A DNA stretch of 37,209 nucleotides. Source: Bigelowiella natans CCMP2755. Lineage: Eukaryota > Protista > Cercozoa. The stretch is from positions 1-37,209 of the forward strand of contig ADNK01000760.1 in the NCBI GenBank assembly GCA_000320545.1. The letters are read 5' to 3'. The notes under the pieces are model-generated. The model ran no database searches. It saw only the letters and a list, made by a program, of their open reading frames with translations, and was not told the origin of the DNA. Each line of letters begins with the position of its first letter. Position 1 is the first letter of the stretch. The position numbers and the translations under genes were made by a program. Shown here piece after piece: positions 10,401-20,905 of this stretch.

Positions 10401-13105
10401 TATCTATCTTTGAGGCATTCGACTTCGCTGAAAGTTATAATTACTGGGTGATATTCGGTCTTCCGATACAGATGAACTTCTAGGACCTTTGCCCCTTCCA
10501 CAGCATCGCCATGAGTTTCTCCAAAATTAGGAGGTAGGAGCTGACAGCCTTCCGGAGAGAGGCACGGGAGATCTGAGACAGGCTGAGCGGGGGTATTGGT
10601 CAGTGGCTTCGCTGTTAAATGCAAATAATTCATATTGTTCGTGTTACTACCGAGCCTGGAGCTGTTTTTGGAGTTCAGTTTTCTCATAGACAATATTCCG
10701 GAGCGCCTAGAATGAATGCAGTCGTATATGACCAGTGCCCTCAAAATGAATACTGGAAAGGCTTACCGCCAGCAGTATACTCCTCTTCTCCCGAAACACT
10801 TTGCAAAATAGAGCCTGCGTAATGAATCAGCAGTCAGTAGAGGCATAGCTGGAGGGGCACATGATGATACCTTGATGCTGCGCTTGAAGTTGCTAATGCC
10901 CAGGCATCCTTCTATGCTCGATCCTTCACCCCACAACCTGAACATTTGGCCACGATGCAGAGAGAGAATTCATAGAGCATCACGAGATATTTGACAAGCA
11001 TTCGTGTGTATTCTTCGAAATCCATCGGATGTAAGAAGTTTCTACCGATGGCGCCATCCCTTTCCTGGAAGATACGGTTTCTCCCATCTAGGATGAAATG
11101 CACATAATTCACGAAGCTCATCTGTATATCAAGTTCTTTATTTTACATCTGTAGCTGAGAAGGAGTCATAGATCTTGTTATGAGTCGGGTCCATTCTTCT
11201 AGCAACTTTTTTTCCTTCTCTGGTATGATCTACAAAAGTTGTACATAATAAGGACTACAATCTCGGTGTTCAACGCCAATACAACCACGTGTAAACGAAT
11301 TAAATGTAAACCTCCTGTATGAAGTTCTTTGCAGTCTCAAATCTCTGGAAAAGCATAGGAAGTCTTTTATTTCGAGGAATAGCAGAATAGTTAAAGAACA
11401 TACCTGAATCTTCTTGCGCTCGTAGTCAGGATTGAGCTCCACATAGAACGGTCCGTCCTTGCGTTCCCGTTTCTCCTCATCAAAGAAGGACAGCACGGAC
11501 TCTGTATATAGTAGATGTATTATCTCTTCTGCCAACGACCAAAAAAAATAGTACAATGACAAAAGTCACAACCTGGATCAGCTGGAAGTTGCTGGATCCG
11601 GTTCTTGAGGTGTGTTGCAACAACGACTGAGAAGAATGAACAACCAACATCACTTTCGTAGCTGTTGTTCGTTGTAAGTTAGTCTATCACCTGCTGATTT
11701 TTCCCAGTCATCTCTCGGGCGACTTTGAAATCTAGTGCTCGTACACGTGTCATTCAAGACCTAGAAAAATATCTGGTTAATCTATATGTCTATCTGAACT
11801 TAAGTAACTCATAGCTACAAGCATGGTTTAAATATCCTGCAAAAATCACATATCTCAGTTTTCGATCTTCCTACCTCGTAGATATGGTCAGTCTTCATAT
11901 CGTTCGTAGCCTTATTATCGAGTACAACTTAATTGAAATGAATGAATCTAGGTGGGAGATAAATTGCGCGACCTTTCGAACTACAAGTAGGAGAGAATCT
12001 GCATTTCGCACATAAGGGGCCACAATCTTTTTTACTTCCTCTGGTTGATGTTCTTCCTGGAGAACGATTTGCAATAAGTACGGCTTATTAGTGGGATGTG
12101 AAGGTATAGATAGTACTCCGTCTCTTGGATTCGTGATGAGCCCAGGTAGATCCACCAGCACGATATTCATGCACTCTCGCCAGCAAATTTCCACATGGAT
12201 TAACTGATATACATATTGGCATCAGTGCAACGTCCAAATTTTGAAGATGTCTCGCTTTTTTGTCAGACCTTATGGGAAAATCCTGTTGAGGTTCGCATAA
12301 CCCTTTTGTTCTCACCCTGGAAATGATGGGAATTAGTAAGAGTGGAGTGGAAATGAAAACAATGTAATTACATCGAGATATGAGGGTAATTCATCTGCCC
12401 GAACCTATCGAATGTCCAAAGTATCACGTGAGATTGAGAACGTAGAATCAAAGTAGCAAAATGTCTAACCTCTTTGCCCATGAACTTGCAGTAGGGATCC
12501 TCGTGAGCATCGGAATGTACGAGTCTCAGCTCGATAGGAAATCGTGTACATGTTCCAGATCCTACGAGAGGGCGTGCATAGTTTACATAATTTGATCTCC
12601 AGAAGGGTTTCATTTTGTACCTATTGGGGTCCATGGAAAACCAACTAGAAACTCCAGCAGAGATGACTTTCCCGACGATTGTTCGCCAACCTGATATGTT
12701 TGATTTTAATATTGCTGCAGAGAACTGTAACATCAGAGTATGCATTCTTACCACAACAAGGCGTGGAAGAGGAACCTGCCAAAAAGCATTTTCAAGGAGA
12801 CGAATGAAAAGAGCTATATTTGAAACTGGACCTTTTCCCTCAGTGACGGGTACTTTTTCTGCAGCTCATTTAATGAGAGGTACGCATACATCAGCTCCTG
12901 AGAACGACGGTAAAATTTAGGAGGTCGATGAAACAGGAACAATTCGATGGAGTCATTCAAATTAAATGCACATTTGGACGCTCGCTGTCGGCTGACAAAT
13001 CGAACCATTTTTACTTCGGTATGGGTGGCACAGAAGTAAAAGCTGTGTGATTAGCGCAGCCTATAAATAGGAGTGGATGACCACCTTTGGCAACATGTCC
13101 GCCAT
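7108..13105 (-). CDS. Dynamin-related protein of the DRP5/ARC5 (DlpA-C) class, roughly 30 small exons
   Basis: G1 VVVGEQSSGKSSLLEFLVGF (about 12630-12690), G2 GTCTRFPIELRLVH, G3 VLVDLPGL (12141-12152). DRP5-like segments GPFYVEL, CLGISNFKR, LRKAVSSY, RYGLAFEDE, SRLYGTSILRR, then a helical GED-like end ...EMALQSALKKLLDPNERGDEDEKEYTFRSM*, TAA at 7108-7110. Exons join in phase with GT-AG introns. The start (MADMLPK, ATG 13105) is tentative. Confidence 0.8.
7381..7512. repeat. Compound (TA)n(TG/CG)n...(CT)n microsatellite, intronic
   Basis: Directly visible in a 3' intron of the dynamin gene. Confidence 0.95.
8938..8989. repeat. (GAA)n trinucleotide microsatellite (TTC on the sense strand), intronic
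   Basis: Directly visible; lies in the pyrimidine-rich 3' part of a dynamin intron. Confidence 0.95.
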
Positions 13106-13352
13106 TTGGTCAAGCTCGCACACCAACGAGCGAAGCAACTGTATCGAGCCGTCACACCACACTAGTGGAACAAAAGAGAAAGGAGAAAAGGGAGGTCATT
13201 TCCAATCGAGTGTCGCAATTCCGAACCCTGATAAAACATTAAGACGACATCATCTCTTTGATGTCTCTTTCTAAATTTCTGATCGAAGACGGACATACGG
13301 CGTGCTCACGAAATTTTTAGAGAGTCTTAAAATGATCCGAGCGAACGCTTAC

Positions 13353-13360
13353 CCGCCAAA
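13353..13360 (-). promoter_or_regulatory. E2F-like site (TTTGGCGG) in the DRP5/GSIII divergent promoter
   Basis: CCGCCAAA on the + strand matches the WTTSSCSS consensus on the - strand, about 250 bp upstream of the tentative dynamin ATG. An 8-mer match only. Confidence 0.35.
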
Positions 13361-13770
13361 ATTGAGCTGCCGGCTCGAAATCCAGTAGCATTACAGGAGA
13401 AATCAAAGACGTTTGTGCAAAGTCGTGTTTGGTTTTACTTCAGACGAACCATGCAAAAAAAAAGCTAATCTAAGGAGAAAATGCTTAAAAGGGGTCCTGT
13501 TTTGTAAGAAACGAATATGAAGAGCTGCGAAAAGCTACGTCGTCTATATGAAAAAGGCCAGATGGATGTCGCAAGTGATATATGGGTGCACATTTATCTC
13601 CTACGAGTACATCAAGAAATAGAAGGATTTCGTGCCGTATTTCACGTTTGTGGAACGGGATGTTTGCGAATCTCCATATCCAACTACGACATCGTCTTTT
13701 CATTGTCGCTTCACCAAAAAGATATTGCACTTGCTAGCTTCTACGAGAAAGGGGGCAGAATTCCAAATCG

Positions 13771-16700
13771 ATGTCACGGCTCCTTCAAAGAACCCCCCTC
13801 TTGAGGGCATCCCGTCAAGCGCTTCGCCCAACTTCGGCACGATTCTTTTCCACCCCTGCAAATATTGAGGGATATGGAAAAAATGTGTTCAAGGGTACCG
13901 TTGCAGATGAATACCTCTCTGCTGAGGGATTGCCCTCTGGCACATTAAACTCATCTGCGTGGACTCAAGACCCAGCTGCTGCAGATAAAGTGGCCGATGC
14001 CGTTCTCAAGTGGGCAACCGACAATGGAGCTACCTTTTTCTGCCATTGGTTTCAGGTATTATTTCTTCATATGAGCTTACATCCGCTTTTGGTTAATTAT
14101 ATTCTTTCATTACAAAGCCTTTTGCTTCCTCCGGAGTTCGTCACGGATTATCTGGCCAAGTTCAAAATGCGTTTTTTAAATTCGATGGAGAAGGAAAACC
14201 GGTTTGGGATTTGAAAGGCAAAGATCTCATTCAGGGAGAGACCGACGGGTACGCGAAGAACAAACTTTTTTACTTCATGTGTCTGACACATCATATGCAA
14301 TACGATGCACTTCCCCCCCCCTCAGATCTTCCTATCCTAACGGTGGACTTCGTGCCACACACACAGCTGGAGGCTACTTAAAGGTTTAATATTGCGGAAA
14401 ACGATTTTCTCTCCCAAACTCAGCATGGAATAAAATAAAATATTAGGTGGACCCAACCTCCCACATCTGGCTTCGAGGAGATACCATCTTCATCCCTGCC
14501 TGCTTTGTGTCCTACTACGGACATGCCCTGGACGAGAAGACTCCTCTTCTCCGCTCGGTTAGAGAGATTCCGTATTTCACGCCCTTTTCGAATCTCTAAC
14601 AAACAATCTTTAAAACATTGCAGGTTGATGCTATGAACCGCGAAGGTACCCGACTGCTCTCCTTGATGGGATGGGACGTCCCCGGACTTCAATCTAACAT
14701 TGGGTAAAAACGCAATCTTTGCTGATTACGTTCATGTTGAATACTTAGTTTGATTGCTGTTCTATTTGCAAGTCTTGAGCAGGAAATCTTCCTGATTCCA
14801 CGAGAGGAATTCATCAGGCGCCCTGACCTACAGCTCACTGGTAGAGAATCTCCCTTGCCTTTTTACCTTTCATATGATTAACTGTGTACATCCAGGACGC
14901 ACCGTCATCGGAAAGGATGCTCCTCGTGGCCAGGAGATGTGCGATCACTACATGGCCCCACCATCTACCACATCCCCGGCCCTTGATTGCATGGCTGAGA
15001 TCCAGCGCCAGTGCTTCGAAGTCGGAATTCCTCTTCGTACCAGGTATGACGACGAGAAAAAAGTATTACTGCGCCCAGCGGCGATGACGACCGATGAACC
15101 CGCCCACGCAGTGTTGCGATGCATCTGAGACAAGGTGGGTTGTTTTGTTGTGAAACCAGACACCGTGAGGTTGCTCCAAACCAGTACGAGTTTGCTCCAC
15201 TCTTCGGCTCTGTAACCACCCAGATTGACCAGAACATCATTGTGATGCAAATCATTGAAGAGGTAGTAGCCGATGAACACCTGCCAAGATCTGCCTCTCT
15301 CCGATGTGTCGTCGATGATTAAAATGATGATGCCTCTCCTCCCGAAAGGTTGCTCCTCAATACGGTCTCGCAGCTCTCCTTCAGGAGAAGCCTTTCAACA
15401 ATGTCAATGGAAGCGGTAGTGGCAGCAGCGCCTTTGATCGAACTTATTTCATTGGATTTTGTTGATCCATCCATCCATCCATCCATCCATCCATCCATCA
15501 TCCATCCAGACATGAATCATCAACCTATGAATGCCACACATCCATCATCCATCCAGACATGAATCATCAACCTATCAATGCCCACATCCATCAGGCAAGC
15601 ACAACAACTGGTCCGTGGCAACAACCGATGGTTGCAACCTCCTTAACGTCAACCAGGTCCAAGGAACACGAACTAACGAATGCACGCACGCCGCACACAC
15701 ACCCTTAATTGAATATATGAGTGTTCGGAAACTATGCGGCACTACTACTACAACTACTACCATTTCTTTTTCTTCACTCTCTTTCGCTTCTTTTGCTACA
15801 GGTTACTGAGGTCTCCGGAATCCCTCACATGTTCGCAACTATTATGTCCGCCATCGTGAGTGGTGTCGATATGCATGGAGATCTCATGCGAATGGCTATC
15901 GCTTCTCCAGTAAGTGCTAGTACTAGTACAAGTAGTAGTAGTAGTAGTAGTAGTAGTAGCTTAATTCTCCCTCCACCCTTTCCCCCTCCCTCGGTACTAC
16001 TACCACTACTACTCAATTAATTATATGATACATCGTTTTGCGACAACTTCTCGTAGGGTAACGATTTCCGCCTCGGAGCTTGCGAAGCACCTCCTGCAAT
16101 CGTCTCCACTTACTTGGGCGAGGACATGACCGCTTACCTGGTCGGAAATGCCGCTAGGGAACTTCATCGTTGAATAGTGGTGGTTGGTGGTGGTGGTGGG
16201 GGGGGGGGGGGGGGGGGGGGGCTTGGTGGTTCGGCGAAATTAGCCAACTGATACGATATAAAATATATGATGAACAAATTCAGGATGACTTCCGCAACGG
16301 AAAGGTCCACCCATACCAGCCTACCCTCAAGGAACTTGATCTTGGAGTGTCGTGCATCGCACCGCTCACCGTGCCAGCCGAGGACCGCAACCGTACCTCC
16401 CCATTCCCTTACGGAGGCCACCGTTTCGAGTGAGTGCCTTCCTCCTTGCAAATGATAAGAGAGCGGCTATTGCCGATGTTATTACCATCGTTATTTGCTT
16501 GCTGTTGACAGTATGAACGGTCATTGATTCCTGCATCGTTAAATGGGGGTTGCGTTGGTTGTTATCATCATTTCTCTAGGTTCCGCGCTGTCGGCTCTTC
16601 TCAAAACGTGTCTATGGTCAACACCGTCCTCAACACAATCACGGCTGACGGTTTCAAGCGTTTCGCGGACAAGATCGAGGCTGGTGCTTCGCCACAAGAT

Positions 16701-17690
16701 GTCGCTGCTGAAGCTCTCAATGACCACTGGAAGGTGTGGTCCCTCCCTATTTTCCACCTGCTGCTGCCATTTTCTAGTCTATCTGCAGCTGTTAAGAACG
16801 AATTGATGGATGCATGCTGCAACCCCACGTTCGCCGTTCATTGTGATAATACTACTCGCTTTGCTGTCGCAAGGTTATCTTCAACGGCGACAACTACGAC
16901 GAGGCCAACCAGGCTATGCTCACTGAGAGAGGCGTGTGGCGCATTGACTCTGGCATTGACGCAATCTGCTCTCTTTCGGCCGATAAAAACATCGAGCTGT
17001 TCTCCGACATGAACGTCCTCTCCGAGCCTGAGTGCAAGGTACAGTCAGTAGAATTTTTGTTGCAAAAGCTCCCCTCCCCCTTCCCCTCCCCCTCCCCCAG
17101 TAGAACGAACGAACGAACGACGAACGAACGAACGAGTGATTTATTTCGTCGTGACCATCAACCACGCCAATACAATTTCCAGGCCCGCCAAACTTGCCTA
17201 GTGGACCACTATGTTGGGACCGTAGAAATGGAAGCTCTTTGCCTCGTCGATATGCTCAACCAGCACGTTATCCCAGCTGTCAAGGCTGCTGAGGGCAAAC
17301 AGCTTCGTGATCTTCAGGCCGCGGTACATCATACTGTGTTAATACCGAGTCAATAGCACGTTTTTCCCTGTTCTGGATTTTTTTTTTTTTCCCCTGGCAG
17401 TTTCTAGTGGTCAACGCGGTGCTCCTCATGTTGTCGTCGTTGTCGTCTAACATATTGCTCATCTTCTCACCGCGTAGGTTGGAACTATTAAGCACGCTCT
17501 CGCTGCTGTTCACGCTGAAGAGGATGAGCAGAAGAAAGGCAACCTTGCACGAACATTGCGCCTAGAGACTATGGTGGCCATCCGCGACGTTGTGGACGAA
17601 GCCGAAGGTGAAACCCCCGCCAACCTCTGGACACTGCCAACCTACAAGGATCTTCTTTTCCTCGATCACAACTACTTGGCATACGAGTAG
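13771..17690 (+). CDS. Glutamine synthetase type III (GlnN-like) with predicted mitochondrial presequence, 17 exons
   Basis: GSIII signature motifs ATFFCHWFQP, QGETDGSSYPNGGLRATHTAGGY, ALDEKTPLLRS, GLEQEIFL, HREVAPNQYEFAP, EKPFNNVNGSGKHNNWS, NDFRLGACEAPPAI, DRNRTSPFPYGGHRFEFRAVGS, VIFNGDNY, WTLPTYKDLLF. N-terminus MSRLLQRTPLLRASRQALRPTSARFFST is Arg-rich with no acidic residues. TAG at 17688-17690. Confidence 0.96.
15492..15594 (+). repeat. 47-bp tandem duplication next to a (CATC)n microsatellite in GSIII intron 9
   Basis: ATCCAGACATGAATCATCAACCTAT at 15504 and 15551. Confidence 0.9.
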
Positions 17691-18096
17691 ATCGATCTCA
17701 GCAGTAGCAGTAAGTAGAGTAGTTGGTCTAGCAATGGATATGATGACTCACTTGTTGCGAGGTCGCTTATGATCGCTTGTTGTGCGATTGCACCTTTTGC
17801 GAGGTATATACAATGCAGCCGGTCGTGTGAGTAGCAATACATGATACCGCGTGCTGAATGCATACATGTACAATTATATAAATCAACGCGAATATGCTGC
17901 ACAAAGCAAACTTAGCGATGTTACGTTGTCTAGCCGTCTGTGCGCATGAATGCGTGATATAGGCGTTATTTTGCTCCGACAAGCACTGCCATGTCTGCTG
18001 GAGCGTATGTGTAGCGTAGCAGGCGGACTCTATTCTATGCGATGGGCCATGGAAGCCATCTGGATAAAGATTACATTACATGCATGGTATTCGGTT

Positions 18097-18365
18097 CATG
18101 CTAGCATGGCATCCGCGCGTCTTGCATGCTAGCTAGCTAGCTTGATAAATTGCAGATGAAACTGACCGGTGCATGAGCTAGTGAGGCCAGCTCTTCTAGC
18201 TAGCTAGCATAGTTTAACATTTACAAGAATTCTAGAATTATGTGATAGCGAATCACGTGCACATGTTGATAAGTGACATAAGAAACTGACTCTTGCTAGC
18301 TTGTCTATACCACTTAGCGTATCAAGCTAGGAAGACAGGTAAACCCAACGGTCTGGCTAGCTAGG
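18097..18365. repeat. CTAG/CATG palindrome-dense tract in the GSIII/LeuRS tail-to-tail spacer
   Basis: 13 CTAG counted by eye in about 270 bp, (CTAG)3 runs, perfect palindromes CATGCTAGCATG (18097-18108) and AATTCTAGAATT (18228-18239). Confidence 0.8.
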
Positions 18366-18421
18366 AACATGTGCAAGCCAGCAAGGTTTCATCTGGTCAT
18401 CTGTAATGACTGTCTCTCACA

Positions 18422-19389
18422 TTACTTTCCTACAACGACGTTCACAATTTTCCCCGGCCGATAGATAAACTTCTTCAATTCCTTGCCTTGTGTTAGTTCA
18501 GCCTGGCATGTAATATATGGTAATGAACACACAACCGTGTAAATGTGGATGATGCTGCACAGACTACGCTCGATCACATGTGCAGAATTGCATCTTAACA
18601 ACATACCACTCGCGGCAAAGCAAGAGCCATTTCCTTGGCCGTTTCTTCGCTGGCGTCCTTCTCGATCTCCATTTCTCCCCTGATAGTGTTGAGAAAGATT
18701 AAGAAAACGATGCGTCATGAAGGCATATTTGAATGCACGGTGGACGACAACTCAGATTACGAAAACCAGCTTCTGCTGCCCCCCTACATCCCCCCCCCCC
18801 CCGTTTATCCACCACCACCAAGTCAGCGGCAAACACCTCTTCTTCCCGTTCACTTGCACTCCAATTTTCACCGTCGAATCGACACATTGCTTTTCGTCAT
18901 AAGTGGGCCAGGGGAAGTATGCGAGGCTGATAACAACAACAAAGGTTATTAGTTGTTTTCAGAGGCGGTCTACTTTTAATGATGATGCCCTCGCGTTGCT
19001 GCTCTATCGTGACTCTTTCTTTCCCAACCTGTCTTCATGCCCGAGCAAGCTCCAGCACTCCTCCCCCAAATGAGGGGCAAATGGGGACGCGAGCAGGGTC
19101 AACGTCTCCACCTGGTAAGTGGAAAATGAGGATCATGATGATGATGGTATTGATGATGATGGTATTGATGATAATGGTGATGGTGATGGTGGTGATGATG
19201 ATGACGTGAGAGGGTGCAGAGGAGGAGAGCAGAACACAACTTCTTTAAAATCTACTACGTGCGAACCGCTTTCTTAGGAAGGGCCGGTATTTCGCCGTTT
19301 TTATCTGGCTTTGCCGCACTTTGAAGTGTGTTGGTGTACACCTGGACAAGTAGCAGTAGCGTGAGAGTGTGATACCAAGGATACAATAA

Positions 19390-19428
<39 letters not shown>

Positions 19429-19868
19429 GAAGAGTAAATTATTGGACCAAGAGCGACATCGTTCGAACATGCCATGGCCGTCGCTTTTACACGTCACGTC
19501 ACGCCTCTCCCCCCCCACTGAAAGAAAAGGCCGGTGCAAGTTACCATCAGAGCAGAGATCGCTGTATTGAACGATAAGGACTCGATATCCTTCGTTACCT
19601 AGTGAGGATAAAGAGTGAGTTGCATCAATAACGAATTTAAAGCTGCAATTTCTTGTTGAATCACCGCTCTCCCTCCGCCCCCCCCCCCCCCCCACTCTTG
19701 TCTTTCTGTAGCTGGGGGGGGACTGCCAAGGGCTAATAACAACCTTTTGAATGGGCTTGGGCATGGGCTTCCCAAATTCCTCCCTCCCATTTTCTTCAAC
19801 AAGTTCCTCAATCTTCCGAAGGGTAACCCCCCTGTGAACCTGGGACGAAAGAAGCAACAATCCCGGGG

Positions 19869-19910
<42 letters not shown>

Positions 19911-19984
19911 AGATACCCACGGGACCCCCCCCCTTCTTATGGGCCCGCGTGCAAAACTCTTTCATTTGGGCGGAGCGAGAAAAG

Positions 19985-20026
<42 letters not shown>

Positions 20027-20668
20027 TAGGCGTAACGTAACACGGTTACCTTGTCGCGAAATCGGACAACACCTGCAACCTGCTCTGTCTGCCAAGGCTT
20101 GGTTGCTTCTGTGTGTTGATGGTAGTGATGGTGGAGGTGGTGGTGAATACGATGACGATGGCAGCAGTCTCGCTGATAGTACCGCCGACGACCCCTCCTC
20201 CACAAACGAAATGCATCATTCTTTGCGAAGATCTCACATCTTATCACCACCGCAGCAGCAGCACGCTACCAGGCCAACGAAGAAAAGGATGGAAAAAGCG
20301 GGCGCTGCTTCTCTTATTTTTCTTCTTCTTCTTCTTCTTCTTCTTCTTATTCTTATTTTTATTCCTCCTGTACAATAACGTATCTATCTGAGCAAACGAG
20401 CGACCGAACCCACCTAGAGGCCCCATGAACATCTCATACATGCGTAAGGCGTCTGCTCCGTGTTCGTCCACCTGGAGAAGGTGGTAGGAGCAACGATGAC
20501 AGTGAGAATCAGAATCAGAAGAAGAAGAAGAACAACAACAACAACAACAACAGCATACTGCGCGCGCGCAAACGCACGCGTACGCTCACAAGACTATTTT
20601 TATATCTCAAGTATATATAATTTATATTGATACATGCCCCCCCCCTCCACACACAGACACATATTAAC

Positions 20669-20717
<49 letters not shown>

Positions 20718-20871
20718 AGTGTGTGTGTGTGTAAGTAGCAGCTGTCACTACCACATCATCAGGGTTAACGACGTTGCCTCGGCTCTTGCTCATCTTCTCC
20801 CCATCGCTTCCCAGTATCATGCCCTGGTTCGTGCATCAAGTGATAACGATGATGATAACGATGATGATAAC

Positions 20872-20905
<34 letters not shown>

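Noticed and set aside
11125-11150. Apparent in-frame stop in the dynamin (QLQM*) suggesting a pseudogene
   Set aside because: Resolved by a phase-2 GT-AG intron giving QLQI/WEKPYLPGKGWRHR/LWGEG.
13517-13804. 95-aa upstream ORF overlapping the GSIII start
   Set aside because: No homology or codon signal I can see, and probably upstream of the TSS; it needs 5' end data to be considered.
18153-18395. MITE or transposon with terminal inverted repeats
   Set aside because: The inverted repeat is only 10 bp, there is no target-site duplication and no transposase in the window; kept only as an inverted-repeat observation.
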